From Clostridia bacterium (GTDB lineage: Bacteria > Bacillota > Clostridia > UMGS1883): a stretch of DNA of 64,000 nt. The notes below the pieces were generated by a model, which had not been told where the DNA came from, searched no databases, and saw only the letters and a program-made list of their open reading frames with translations. The stretch spans positions 15,866 through 79,865 of the forward strand of contig JAZUOX010000038.1 in the NCBI GenBank assembly GCA_045604905.1, in the 5' to 3' direction. Below are positions 28,504 to 38,335 of this stretch, one piece after another. Numbering within the stretch: position 1 is the stretch's first letter; each line of letters begins with the position of its first letter. The position numbers and the translations under genes were made by a program.

Positions 28504-30220
28504 AGCTAAATGGTTTAAATACTACGGAGATATTCCCCACTCACTTACATATCCTGACATTTCAATGTATGAAATGGTAAAGCGCACCTCTGAAAAATAC
28601 GGTGATTTTATTGCTTACGACTTTATGGGCCGTTCTGTAAGTTACTCAGAATTTATGAAAGAAATTGAAGTCTGTGCCAACGCACTTTCGGGCTACGGAA
28701 TTAAAAAGGGAGATGCCGTTACGATTTGTCTTCCAAATGTTCCTCAGGCAGTTATTATGTTTTATGCACTTAATAAAATCGGTGCAGTTGCCAGCATGGT
28801 ACATCCTCTTTCTGCTGAAAAAGAGATACTTTTCTATCTTAAAGAAAGTAAGAGCCGCATCGCAATTACGCTGAGTCAGTTCTACGACAAATTCAGTGTT
28901 CTCAAGGACGAGTGTTCTCTTGAAAAAGTTATCGTTGCAAAAATTAAAGAGGCTCTCCCGACGGTTAAGGGTTTTGTATATAATTTTATCGGCAAGGAGC
29001 CCAAAGTCAAAGACGACCCGTGGGTTATATCCTGGCACGATTTCATTAAAAGTGGCTTAAAAACAAACACTGTTCCCGTTAAAAATACAGGAAGCGATGC
29101 TGCAGCAATACTTTTCAGCGGCGGAACAACCGGTACTTCAAAGGGAATTCTGCTCACAAATCTTAACTTCAACGCTCTTGCAATGCAGACAGAAGCGGCA
29201 GGACAATGTCTCAGTGCAGGAGGTACTATGCTTTCCGTAATGCCTGTATTCCATGGTTTCGGGCTAGGTATAGGCATTCATACAATGCTTTGTTTCGGTG
29301 CAAAATGCGTTCTCGTTCCAAGGCTTAATGTGGCAGAGTTTCCGAGACTTTTCAAAAAACATAAACCTAATTATATGGCAGGCGTTCCCACGTTGTTTGA
29401 AGCTATGATGCGCAACGAAAAAATGAAGGAAACTGACCTTTCAAGTCTCAGAGGTCTTTTCAGTGGTGGTGACACACTTTCCATAGAGCTCAAAAAGAAG
29501 ATAGATAAATTTCTCAGAGACCGTGGTGCAACAATACAGGTCAGAGAAGGCTACGGTACAACAGAATGTGTTACGGCAAGCTGTCTTACCCCTCCCGAAT
29601 ACTATCGCGAGGGAAGTATAGGTATTCCCTTTCCTGACACTTTTTATAAGATTGTTATCCCCGATACTCTTGACGAAGCTCCTGCTAAAGAACTTGGCGA
29701 AATCTGTATTTCGGGACCTACGCTTATGCAGAAATACATAAATAATCCCGAAGAAACCTCGCAGACTCTAAAAAAGCACAGTGACGGAAAGGTGTATCTG
29801 CATACAGGCGATATAGGATATATGGACGAAGACGGATTCGTATACTTTGTGCAAAGACAGAAAAGAATGATTATCACAAGCGGCTACAATGTTTATCCGT
29901 CACAGATTGAAAATGTTATTGACTCACATGAAGCGGTTATGTCCAGCACTGTAATCGGGGTGAGAGATAGCTACAAAATGCAAAGAGTAAAGGCGTTTAT
30001 CGTTCTTAAGCCCGGATATACCCCCACAGAGGAAATTCAGGAATCCATAAAAGAACTTTGCAAAAAAAACATTGCGAAATATGCTCTTCCTAAAGAATAC
30101 GAGTACCGCGACAGTCTTCCGAAAACCCTTGTGGGCAAGGTTGCGTACAGAGAGCTTGAAAAGGAAGAAGAGGAAAAACTTACAAAGCAGGCTGAGCCTG
30201 CACCCACATCACTCTCTTAA
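28487..30220 (+). CDS. Adenylate-forming acyl-CoA synthetase / AMP-binding enzyme
   Basis: FSGGTTGTSKG, EGYGTTE, TGDIGYMDEDGFVYFVQRQKR and LPKTLVGKV core motifs. The TTG start at 28487 or 28493 overlaps the upstream gene. Confidence 0.9.
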   Translation: MNLSSEAKWFKYYGDIPHSLTYPDISMYEMVKRTSEKYGDFIAYDFMGRSVSYSEFMKEIEVCANALSGYGIKKGDAVTICLPNVPQAVIMFYALNKIGAVASMVHPLSAEKEILFYLKESKSRIAITLSQFYDKFSVLKDECSLEKVIVAKIKEALPTVKGFVYNFIGKEPKVKDDPWVISWHDFIKSGLKTNTVPVKNTGSDAAAILFSGGTTGTSKGILLTNLNFNALAMQTEAAGQCLSAGGTMLSVMPVFHGFGLGIGIHTMLCFGAKCVLVPRLNVAEFPRLFKKHKPNYMAGVPTLFEAMMRNEKMKETDLSSLRGLFSGGDTLSIELKKKIDKFLRDRGATIQVREGYGTTECVTASCLTPPEYYREGSIGIPFPDTFYKIVIPDTLDEAPAKELGEICISGPTLMQKYINNPEETSQTLKKHSDGKVYLHTGDIGYMDEDGFVYFVQRQKRMIITSGYNVYPSQIENVIDSHEAVMSSTVIGVRDSYKMQRVKAFIVLKPGYTPTEEIQESIKELCKKNIAKYALPKEYEYRDSLPKTLVGKVAYRELEKEEEEKLTKQAEPAPTSLS

Positions 30221-30238
30221 TCAAAAAAATGAAGTTAA

Positions 30239-30270
30239 AGAATTCCCTCCACCGGACGGGGATTCTTTTT
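30239..30270 (+). terminator. Intrinsic terminator after the ligase gene
   Basis: Stem AGAATTCCC / GGGGATTCT (one G-U pair), followed by TTTTTC. Confidence 0.7.
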
Positions 30271-30316
30271 CTATATATAAATAAAATACATACTTATAAT
30301 AAGTTTTACCAAAAGG

Positions 30317-30346
30317 TTGACTATGAAGGGAAACTTGTGATATAAT
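30317..30346 (+). promoter_or_regulatory. Sigma-A promoter of the yicC cluster
   Basis: TTGACT (30317-30322), 18 nt spacer, TGaTATAAT (hexamer at 30341-30346). Confidence 0.6.
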
Positions 30347-30415
30347 GTAAAATAATTATGGGTTTTTATACCCTTTAACAAAATTCTGCATACTGCAGAG
30401 AATGGAGTATTTGCT

Positions 30416-31294
30416 ATGATAAAGAGTATGACAGGCTACGGTATGGGCACTGCAGAAGACGGTGGAAAAATTTTCACAGTCGAAATCAAAGCAGTCAACT
30501 CACGCTACAGCGACTTTTCGATAAAGCTTCCGAGGGTTTACACATTTTTAGAGGATCCCATCCGCAAAAAAGCGGCCGAGAGAATAAACCGCGGAAAGGT
30601 GGATATATATGTAAATGTGGAAAACACGGGAGAGGCAGATGCAGTTGTTACAGTTAACAAGCCTCTTGCAAAAGCGTATCTCGACGCACTCCGCGACCTT
30701 GCAGGATATCTTGAAATCCAGACAAACGCCAACGCTGAAACATTTCTCAGAATTCAGGATGTTTTCACTGTTGAAAAAGCTCCCGATGACACAGAACTTA
30801 TAACAAAAACTGTTCTTTGTGCCCTTGAGGGTGCTCTTGACGGATTTGACGAAATGCGTATTGCTGAGGGTGAGAAGCTCGTTCACGACCTTAAAGAGCA
30901 CCTTGCGTTTATTGACAACGCCACAGGCGAAGTTGAAAAGCGCTCTCCTCTCATTGTTGAAGAATACCGTGCCCGCATCGAAGAAAGAATGCGCGATATT
31001 CTCGGAAGCGCAACTTATGATGAATCGCGACTTCTTACAGAGGTTGCAATTTTCTCAGACAAAGTAAATGTCAACGAGGAAACAGTAAGACTCAGAAGCC
31101 ATATCTCTCAGTTTACAAATATGCTTGACGAGGGTGGCAGTGTCGGAAGAAAAATTGATTTTCTTATTCAGGAAATGAACCGCGAAATCAATACAATAGG
31201 TTCGAAATCCAACGACCTTGATGTTGCAAGAATTGTTATTGATGTAAAAGCAGAAATAGAAAAATTAAGAGAACAGATTCAGAACATCGAATGA
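30416..31294 (+). CDS. yicC: YicC/YloC family endoribonuclease
   Basis: MIKSMTGYG..VEIKAVNSRYSD and the C-terminal GRKIDFLIQEMNREINTIGSK. Confidence 0.9.
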   Translation: MIKSMTGYGMGTAEDGGKIFTVEIKAVNSRYSDFSIKLPRVYTFLEDPIRKKAAERINRGKVDIYVNVENTGEADAVVTVNKPLAKAYLDALRDLAGYLEIQTNANAETFLRIQDVFTVEKAPDDTELITKTVLCALEGALDGFDEMRIAEGEKLVHDLKEHLAFIDNATGEVEKRSPLIVEEYRARIEERMRDILGSATYDESRLLTEVAIFSDKVNVNEETVRLRSHISQFTNMLDEGGSVGRKIDFLIQEMNREINTIGSKSNDLDVARIVIDVKAEIEKLREQIQNIE

Positions 31295-31352
31295 GAAAGC
31301 TGAGTCTTCGCTCATTGTTTTTTAATCGCCTACACAAAAAGGATATGATACT

Positions 31353-31625
31353 ATGAAACTGATAAATATCGGTTTTGGAAACCTTGTGTCTGACATAAGA
31401 ATTGTCAGCATAGTTCTTCCTGAAAGTGCCCCCGTAAAAAGGCTTTCACAGGAAGCAAGAGAAAAAGGAATGCTCATTGATGCCACCTACGGCAGAAAAA
31501 CAAAAAGCGTTATCGTAACAGACAGCGAGCATGTTATACTGTCAGCTCTTCCCCCTGAAATCATTGCAGGGCGACAGGCAGGCAAGGGTGATTCCTACGA
31601 CGAAAGGATTGATACAGATGAATGA
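31353..31625 (+). CDS. remA: RemA/YlzA (DUF370) regulator
   Basis: [40 protein letters not shown]. Confidence 0.9.
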   Translation: MKLINIGFGNLVSDIRIVSIVLPESAPVKRLSQEAREKGMLIDATYGRKTKSVIVTDSEHVILSALPPEIIAGRQAGKGDSYDERIDTDE

Positions 31626-32226
31626 CAAAGGTTTACTGCTTGTAATTTCCGGGCCTTCCGGTGCCGGCAAGGGAACGGTTTGCAAGTCTTACATTGAAAA
31701 GCATCCCGAATGTGCTCTGTCGGTATCTGCTACAACAAGAGCTCCCCGTCCCGGAGAGGTTGAAGGGGTGAATTACTATTTTATGTCGCAAGATGACTTC
31801 CGCACAAAAATCAGCAACGACGGATTTTTGGAGCATGCTGTTTTCTGCGACAATTACTACGGCACTCCTAAGGATGCCGTTATGGAAATGATAGAAAGCG
31901 GAAGAGATGTTATTCTTGAAATAGAAGTTCAGGGAGCTATGCAAGTCAGGTCACATTATCCTGAGGCTGTCCTGATTTTCGTTTCTCCTCCCACAGAACA
32001 AGAGCTTGAAGACAGACTCCGCAAAAGAGGAACAGAAACAGAGGAAGTTATTCTTTCAAGACTTAAAAGGGCTAAAGAAGAGCTCCGCTATACGGAAAAA
32101 TACAACTATGTGCTCATAAATGACACTGTTGAAAATGCCGTAAGCCATCTTGAAGCCATAACCGTTGCGGAAAAATGCCGTATCGAAAGAAAATATGATT
32201 TTATTATGAATGCTTATAAAAATTAA
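31618..32226 (+). CDS. gmk: Guanylate kinase
   Basis: The ATG at 31618 (an ATGAATGA overlap with remA) opens [20 protein letters not shown]. The longer track ORF is an upstream extension. Confidence 0.95.
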   Translation: MNDKGLLLVISGPSGAGKGTVCKSYIEKHPECALSVSATTRAPRPGEVEGVNYYFMSQDDFRTKISNDGFLEHAVFCDNYYGTPKDAVMEMIESGRDVILEIEVQGAMQVRSHYPEAVLIFVSPPTEQELEDRLRKRGTETEEVILSRLKRAKEELRYTEKYNYVLINDTVENAVSHLEAITVAEKCRIERKYDFIMNAYKN

Positions 32227-32248
32227 TTATAAAGAAAGGTTTGATAAT

Positions 32249-32488
32249 ATGTTATACCCCGAAATCGGAAAACTTATGGAGGGACTTGATTCCCGCTATT
32301 CACTTGTTATTCTCACAGCCAAGAGAGCTCGCCAGCTTGCGGCAAGTGCCAATAATGACAAAGCTGTTTCTCATGCAATAAGTGAAATTGCAAACGGCAA
32401 AATCAAATGTGCAAAAGGCAGCGCAGAGGAAAGATTTTCCGATGCTGTTGCAGAATTTGAAGCAGCAAAAGAAGAAGCTGTTGACTGA
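32249..32488 (+). CDS. rpoZ: RNA polymerase omega subunit
   Basis: MLYPEIGKLMEGLDSRYSLVILTAKRARQL, with the ATG at 32249. Confidence 0.85.
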   Translation: MLYPEIGKLMEGLDSRYSLVILTAKRARQLAASANNDKAVSHAISEIANGKIKCAKGSAEERFSDAVAEFEAAKEEAVD

Positions 32489-32490
32489 TT

Positions 32491-34923
32491 ATGATTGCTC
32501 AGGTTTATATTAAGACAAACAACCTGAATACTGACAAACCCTTTGATTACCTCGTCCCCGAGGATATTGAGGATAAAATCTGTCTGGGTACAAGAGTAAA
32601 GGTCCCTTTCGGCATGGGTAATTCTCCCAAAGAAGCTTATGTAGTTTCACTGAAAGACGAGAGTAGTTTTTCCGGTCTGAAATCTGTACGCAATGTTACA
32701 GATAAATTTCCTGTACTTACAAAAAGTGCAATTGAGCTCTGCTTTTTTATGCGCGAGCGTTACTTCTGCACTTTTTCTGAAGCAGCGTCACTGATGCTAC
32801 CTCCGGGTACGGATATTAAGTTCGAAGAGTGGGTTTCGCTCACTCACAAATATTTTGAAAAAACACAATCTCTGACATCTCTGTATCAACAGCAGCTTAT
32901 AAGACTTCTTGAAGAAAACGACGGCTCCTGCGAAATGCTGCAGATAAAAAACGTTCTCGGCAAAAATGCAAGAGCCAGCGTTAATGCACTTATCGGCAAA
33001 GGAATTGCCGAAAAAAGCTTCCGCGATAAAAGACGAGCTAAAGAAAAAACCGTACGTCTTGCTTACTATTGTGGTGAGGGTGATATTGACTTTCATATTC
33101 AGAAGCTTGATAAATCCGCTCCGAAACAAGCAGATGTCCTCAGAGCTCTCAGTGACCTCGGAGAGACAAGTGTTCCCGATATCATTTCCTATACGGGTGC
33201 ATCAAGGAACAGTGTAGAAGCTCTTTATGTCAAAAACCTTGTAGGTTTTCGCCAGGTGCAGATTCTTCGCAATCCGCTTGACGGAAAAGAATCCGGTAAG
33301 GTTTCTGAGCTTTGCCTTTCAGATGCGCAAATAAATGCCGTAAACATAATAAAAAACGGCAATGTAGGAACATATCTTATCCACGGAGTTACCGGGAGTG
33401 GCAAGACAGAAGTTTATATGTCAATAGCCTCTGACGCCCTGAAGCAGGGAAAACAAGTTATAATACTTGTTCCGGAAATTTCTTTGACTCCGCAGATTAC
33501 GGACAGATTTTTCCGCCGTTTCGGAGATAAGGTTGCAGTAATCCACAGTGCGCTCTCCCTTGGTGAACGGCTTGATGAATGGCAGAGAATAAAAAACAGG
33601 GATGCCGGCATCATAATAGGTGCCCGCAGTGCCATTTTTGCCCCCGTTGAAAATCTTGGTGCCGTTATTATTGATGAGGAGCATGAGCAGTCCTATAAAT
33701 CCGAATCTTCTCCACGTTACCACGCGCGGGATATAGCGGAATTCATCGCAAAGAAACACAACTGTCCGCTTATTCTTGGTTCTGCTACTCCGTCTGTAGA
33801 GAGCTACTATAAAGCAAAGAACGGACAATACTCACTTATTGAGCTTGGTGAAAGATTCAATAAAAAACCTCTTCCCGAAGTTTATATTGCAGATATGCGC
33901 AAGGAACTCAGAGACGGTAACAAAACAGTTCTGTCAAGGCTTCTTGCCTGTGAGCTTAACGAAAATATTAAAAACAAAGAGCAGTCGATACTGCTCCTTA
34001 ACAGACGTGGCTACTCAACCTTTGTTTCGTGCAGGGATTGCGGAATGGTATTTACCTGTCCGTCTTGCAGCGTATCACTTACTTATCATAAAAATACAAG
34101 TTCTCTCACCTGCCATTACTGCGGTCACAGAGAGGGTATTCCGTCCGTCTGCCCACAATGCGGCAGCACCCGTGTGCGTGACTTTGGCAAAGGAACTCAG
34201 AAGGCCCAGGAGCAAATTGAGGAAATTTTTCCCGATGCAAAAACTATCCGTATGGATGCCGATACAACAAGCGGGAAACGCGGGCATGAAAAAATTCTGG
34301 ATAAATTTTCTGAAGAAAAGGCCGATATTCTTCTTGGCACGCAGATGGTCAGTAAAGGGCTTGATTTTGAAAATGTAACTCTGGTGGGAGTTCTTTCGGC
34401 AGATGCATCACTTAATGTGGACGATTTCCGTGCCCAGGAAAGAACTTTCAATCTGATTACTCAGGTCTGCGGCAGAGCAGGCAGAGGCGATAAGCCGGGT
34501 CGTGCCGTTATCCAGACCTATGAGCCTGATAACAGAACCCTTATCCTTGCTGCAGAGCAGGACTACAAGTCTTTTTATGCGGAAGAGATTGAGTACAGAC
34601 GAGCCTTTTGCTACCCGCCTTTTTGCGATATTATTACTGTTACAGTATCGTCTTCAGATATGGAAGTGGCGGAAAAAGCGGCTCAGAAAACAGCAATGGA
34701 AATAAAGGTCGCTCTCCGCACCTATGGCGACTGTACATTCTTCGGACCATCACCTGCACCCTTAAAAAAGCTGCAGAACAGGTACCGCTACAGAATATGG
34801 TTCAAGTGCAGTGCAGATGACCTTCTTATAAAATCACTCCGTGATATAGTTCACGAAAACAAAATGAAAATAAAAAGCGATTTATCAATAACTGTTGATA
34901 TAAATCCGCTTTCAATGACTTAA
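32491..34923 (+). CDS. priA: Primosomal protein N-prime (replication restart helicase)
   Basis: GVTGSGKTEVY, DEEH and the Cys-rich zinc region CRDCG..CPSCS..CHYCGH..CPQCGS. Confidence 0.95.
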   Translation: MIAQVYIKTNNLNTDKPFDYLVPEDIEDKICLGTRVKVPFGMGNSPKEAYVVSLKDESSFSGLKSVRNVTDKFPVLTKSAIELCFFMRERYFCTFSEAASLMLPPGTDIKFEEWVSLTHKYFEKTQSLTSLYQQQLIRLLEENDGSCEMLQIKNVLGKNARASVNALIGKGIAEKSFRDKRRAKEKTVRLAYYCGEGDIDFHIQKLDKSAPKQADVLRALSDLGETSVPDIISYTGASRNSVEALYVKNLVGFRQVQILRNPLDGKESGKVSELCLSDAQINAVNIIKNGNVGTYLIHGVTGSGKTEVYMSIASDALKQGKQVIILVPEISLTPQITDRFFRRFGDKVAVIHSALSLGERLDEWQRIKNRDAGIIIGARSAIFAPVENLGAVIIDEEHEQSYKSESSPRYHARDIAEFIAKKHNCPLILGSATPSVESYYKAKNGQYSLIELGERFNKKPLPEVYIADMRKELRDGNKTVLSRLLACELNENIKNKEQSILLLNRRGYSTFVSCRDCGMVFTCPSCSVSLTYHKNTSSLTCHYCGHREGIPSVCPQCGSTRVRDFGKGTQKAQEQIEEIFPDAKTIRMDADTTSGKRGHEKILDKFSEEKADILLGTQMVSKGLDFENVTLVGVLSADASLNVDDFRAQERTFNLITQVCGRAGRGDKPGRAVIQTYEPDNRTLILAAEQDYKSFYAEEIEYRRAFCYPPFCDIITVTVSSSDMEVAEKAAQKTAMEIKVALRTYGDCTFFGPSPAPLKKLQNRYRYRIWFKCSADDLLIKSLRDIVHENKMKIKSDLSITVDINPLSMT

Positions 34924-34939
34924 GCGAGGTATATTTTAT

Positions 34940-35416
34940 ATGGCTTTACGAAAAATAAGAGAAATAGGTGACCCCTGCCTTACAAAAAAATGTCGCGAGG
35001 TGGAGTTTTTTGATAAGAAGCTCCACACTCTGCTTGACGATATGCGCGACACTCTCATCGAATCAAACGGTGTAGGCCTTGCTGCGCCTCAGGTGGGTAT
35101 TCTGAGAAGGGTTGTAGTTATTGACCTTGGCGAGGAAGAAGGAATAATTGAGCTCGTTAACCCCGTTATAACTCATACAGAGGGCAGTTATACAGATATT
35201 GAGGGTTGTCTCAGCGTTCCCGGAAAGGCAGGCGAAGTTGCACGCCCCACCAAAGCTACCGTCAGAGCTTTTGACCGCGACGGTAATGAGTTTGAATTTA
35301 CCGGAGAGCAACTGTATGCTCGTTGCATCTGCCACGAGTGTGACCATCTTGACGGCAAACTTTATGTAGATAAGGTTATCCGTTTTATAGACCCTGACCA
35401 GGAGGATGTTGACTGA
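34940..35416 (+). CDS. def: Peptide deformylase
   Basis: GVGLAAPQ, EGCLSVPG and HECDHLDG motifs. Confidence 0.95.
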   Translation: MALRKIREIGDPCLTKKCREVEFFDKKLHTLLDDMRDTLIESNGVGLAAPQVGILRRVVVIDLGEEEGIIELVNPVITHTEGSYTDIEGCLSVPGKAGEVARPTKATVRAFDRDGNEFEFTGEQLYARCICHECDHLDGKLYVDKVIRFIDPDQEDVD

Positions 35417-36348
35417 TGCGTATTCTTTTCATGGGTACTCCCGAATTTGCGGAAAAGTCTCTCCAAGCACTTGTTGAAGACAGCCGCGAAGTAGTCGGTG
35501 TAATCACCCAGCCTGACAAGCCCAAAGGCAGAGGTTATGAAATGGCTATGCCTGAAGTTAAGGTGTATGCCCTTGAAAAAAACATCCCCGTATTTCAGCC
35601 TGAAACACTTAAGGATAACAGCATAGCAGATATTCTTAAAGAGCTTAATCCCGATATTATCATTGTTGTAGCATACGGAAAAATTCTTCCTGAGTATGTT
35701 CTTAACTATCCCAGGTACGGGTGCATAAACATCCACGGCTCGCTTCTTCCCGAGTATCGAGGGGCGGCACCTATCCAGCGCGCTGTAATGGACGGCAAAA
35801 AAATAAGCGGTGTTACAAGTATGTACATGGAAAAGGGACTTGATACGGGAGATATGCTCATTAAAAGAGAGCTTCCCATCGGAGAAGAAACAACTGCGGG
35901 AGAATATCACGATGCTCTTGCAATTTTAGGCGGTGAGGTACTTCTTGAAACACTCGATGCACTTAAAGAGGGTACTCTTTCTCCGGAAAAGCAGGATGAC
36001 AGTCTCTCATCTTATGCATCGCAGCTTTCAAAAGCAGAGGGTGAAATAAATTGGAATAATTCCGCTGATGCAGTATATAACAAAGTAAGGGGACTTAATC
36101 CCTGGCCAAAGGCGTTCAGTTTTATAGGTACAAAACGATTTGTTGTTGATTTTGTTTACAAAGCATCAGGTAGCGGCAAACCCGGAGAGGTACTTTCAGC
36201 AGATGATGACGGAATTATTGTTGCCTGCGGTGACGGTGCTGTTCTTATTAAAGAACTGAAGCCCGAAGGCAAAAAAATGATGAAGGTTTCTGACTATCTT
36301 CGCGGACATAAAATTGAAAAGGGCTTTATTTTTGGAAAGGACGAATAA
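35416..36348 (+). CDS. fmt: Methionyl-tRNA formyltransferase
   Basis: MRILFMGTPEFA and HGSLLPEYRGAAPIQRAV. Confidence 0.95.
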   Translation: MRILFMGTPEFAEKSLQALVEDSREVVGVITQPDKPKGRGYEMAMPEVKVYALEKNIPVFQPETLKDNSIADILKELNPDIIIVVAYGKILPEYVLNYPRYGCINIHGSLLPEYRGAAPIQRAVMDGKKISGVTSMYMEKGLDTGDMLIKRELPIGEETTAGEYHDALAILGGEVLLETLDALKEGTLSPEKQDDSLSSYASQLSKAEGEINWNNSADAVYNKVRGLNPWPKAFSFIGTKRFVVDFVYKASGSGKPGEVLSADDDGIIVACGDGAVLIKELKPEGKKMMKVSDYLRGHKIEKGFIFGKDE

Positions 36349-36351
36349 ATT

Positions 36352-37056
36352 ATGTATTTTTACGGGTATTATGCAGACCCCGGTTACTTTCTTGTAATTA
36401 TAATGGCAATCCTTTCTATGATTGCATCATTGAGAGTTAATTCTACATTCAAAAAATATTCAAAGAAGCTGACTGCCCGCAATATCACTGCAGAGCAGGC
36501 GGCAAGAAAAATTCTTGACTCAAACGGACTTTATGACATCCGTATAGAGGGCGTTGCGGGTAATCTTACAGACCACTATGACCCCAGAGCAAAGGTTATC
36601 AGGTTGTCTGAGTCAGTAAGAACATCCACTTCCGTTGCAGCAGTTGGCGTTGCAGCACATGAAGCAGGGCACGCAGTACAGCACGCTGTCGGATATTTTC
36701 CGATAAAGCTCCGCAATGTTCTTGTTCCCGTTGCTAATATCGGTTCTATGATAGGCCCTTACCTTGTTCTTGCCGGACTTATCTTTGCACAGACTCTCCC
36801 CCTTGCTGAAATCGGTATCTGGCTTTTTTCTGCAGCTGTGCTTTTCCAGATTGTGACACTCCCTGTTGAGTTTAACGCATCAGGTCGTGCCGTAAAAATT
36901 CTAGCAAATGATATGTATCTTGAATCGGATGAGGTCCCTGCCGTTAAAAAAGTGCTCGGCGCAGCAGCTATGACCTATGTTGCGGCAGCGGCAGTTTCCG
37001 TTGCAAACCTTTTAAGACTTGCGATGCTGGTTTCCGGCAGAAGGAATGATGACTGA
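36352..37056 (+). CDS. Membrane zinc metallopeptidase (neutral zinc metallopeptidase family)
   Basis: HEAGHAVQH motif with flanking TM helices. Confidence 0.8.
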   Translation: MYFYGYYADPGYFLVIIMAILSMIASLRVNSTFKKYSKKLTARNITAEQAARKILDSNGLYDIRIEGVAGNLTDHYDPRAKVIRLSESVRTSTSVAAVGVAAHEAGHAVQHAVGYFPIKLRNVLVPVANIGSMIGPYLVLAGLIFAQTLPLAEIGIWLFSAAVLFQIVTLPVEFNASGRAVKILANDMYLESDEVPAVKKVLGAAAMTYVAAAAVSVANLLRLAMLVSGRRNDD

Positions 37057-38330
37057 TGAGTAGTCTCTCTAAGCCGCGTGAGGCGGCACTTAAGGCACTG
37101 GTTTCTGTTGATAGAGACGGAGCATATCTCAATATAGTTCTTCGTGATATGCTTTCCGCATCCGATATGGATGATCGCGACAAGGCACTTTGTACAACGC
37201 TTGCTTTCGGTGTTACGAAAAACAGACTGTATATTGACAATATCATAGCACACCTTTCTTCGGTAAAGCTTAAAAAGCTTTCGGTGTGGATACACAATAT
37301 TCTGAGAATAGGTATTTTCAGCATAAAATTCCTTGACCGTATTCCACATCCGGCAACGGTTAACGAGTGCGTGCGTCTTGCAAGACGCTACGGTCACTCA
37401 TCCTCTGCAGGGCTTGTGAACGCTCTTTTGAGAAATGCAGCAAAAAGCGGTGATTTTCTTCCGGAGGATACCTCTTCACCGGAATATATGAGTATTAAGT
37501 ATTCTTTCCCGTTGTGGCTTTGCAAAAAGTGGATAGGAGAAGGTTATACGGAAAAGCTTTTCTCCGGGATGAATACAGAGCCTCCTGTTGTCGTAAGACT
37601 TAATACACTGAAAGCATCTGTGCTTCCCGATATGTTTGAAAAAAGCTCTCACTCCCCTTTTTCATATATATACAAAGGGGCAGGCAGTGTCGAATATACT
37701 GATGCTTTTAAAAACGGTGATATAGCCGTTCAGGACGGTGCATCCCAGAAAGCTGTTATGGCTCTTGATGTCAGAAAAAATATGTCGGTACTCGATTTAT
37801 GCGCAGCGCCGGGCGGCAAAACCGCCTTTATTGCACAGCTTCTTGAAAATTCCGGAAGTGTTGTATCCTGCGACATACATCCCCATAAGCTTGAGCTTAT
37901 CAGGGCTAATCTTGAAAGGCTTGGTGTAGAAAACGCAGAAGTAAGATTAAACGATGCAACTGTTTTATATGAGGATTTCGTAAACAGATTTGACAGAGTC
38001 CTTTGTGATGTTCCCTGCTCAGGTCTGGGCGTTCTCAGGCGCAAACCGGACATTAAATGGACAAAAACAGAGGAAGATAACGAAGCTCTTGTAAAAACTC
38101 AGCGTCTCATTATAGACTGCGCAGTTAAATATGTAAAAAAAGGCGGAATACTGGTCTATTCTACCTGTACAATAAATAAAAAAGAAAATGAGGACAATGT
38201 AAAGTATCTCCTTGATACATACAAAGATTTTTCTCTGAAAAAAGAGTTTGAAAAACCTTTCGGAAGACAACTTCTTCCGGATAAAGATGATACAGACGGT
38301 TTCTTTTATGCGGCATTTGAAAGGAAGTAA
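37056..38330 (+). CDS. rsmB: 16S rRNA (cytosine967-C5)-methyltransferase
   Basis: NusB-like N-domain, DLCAAPGGKT and DVPCSGLGVLRRKPD. Confidence 0.9.
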   Translation: MSSLSKPREAALKALVSVDRDGAYLNIVLRDMLSASDMDDRDKALCTTLAFGVTKNRLYIDNIIAHLSSVKLKKLSVWIHNILRIGIFSIKFLDRIPHPATVNECVRLARRYGHSSSAGLVNALLRNAAKSGDFLPEDTSSPEYMSIKYSFPLWLCKKWIGEGYTEKLFSGMNTEPPVVVRLNTLKASVLPDMFEKSSHSPFSYIYKGAGSVEYTDAFKNGDIAVQDGASQKAVMALDVRKNMSVLDLCAAPGGKTAFIAQLLENSGSVVSCDIHPHKLELIRANLERLGVENAEVRLNDATVLYEDFVNRFDRVLCDVPCSGLGVLRRKPDIKWTKTEEDNEALVKTQRLIIDCAVKYVKKGGILVYSTCTINKKENEDNVKYLLDTYKDFSLKKEFEKPFGRQLLPDKDDTDGFFYAAFERK

Positions 38331-38335
38331 TTTTC

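Noticed and set aside
31531-31617. Upstream extensions of track ORFs: gmk here, and likewise 39315-39374 (stp), 40057-40116 (prkC), 22138-22203 (LbH), 50566-50718 (small membrane protein) and 14480-14602 (DUF3006)
   Set aside because: The extensions overlap the preceding genes and lack an SD. Internal starts with good SDs reproduce the canonical family N-termini.
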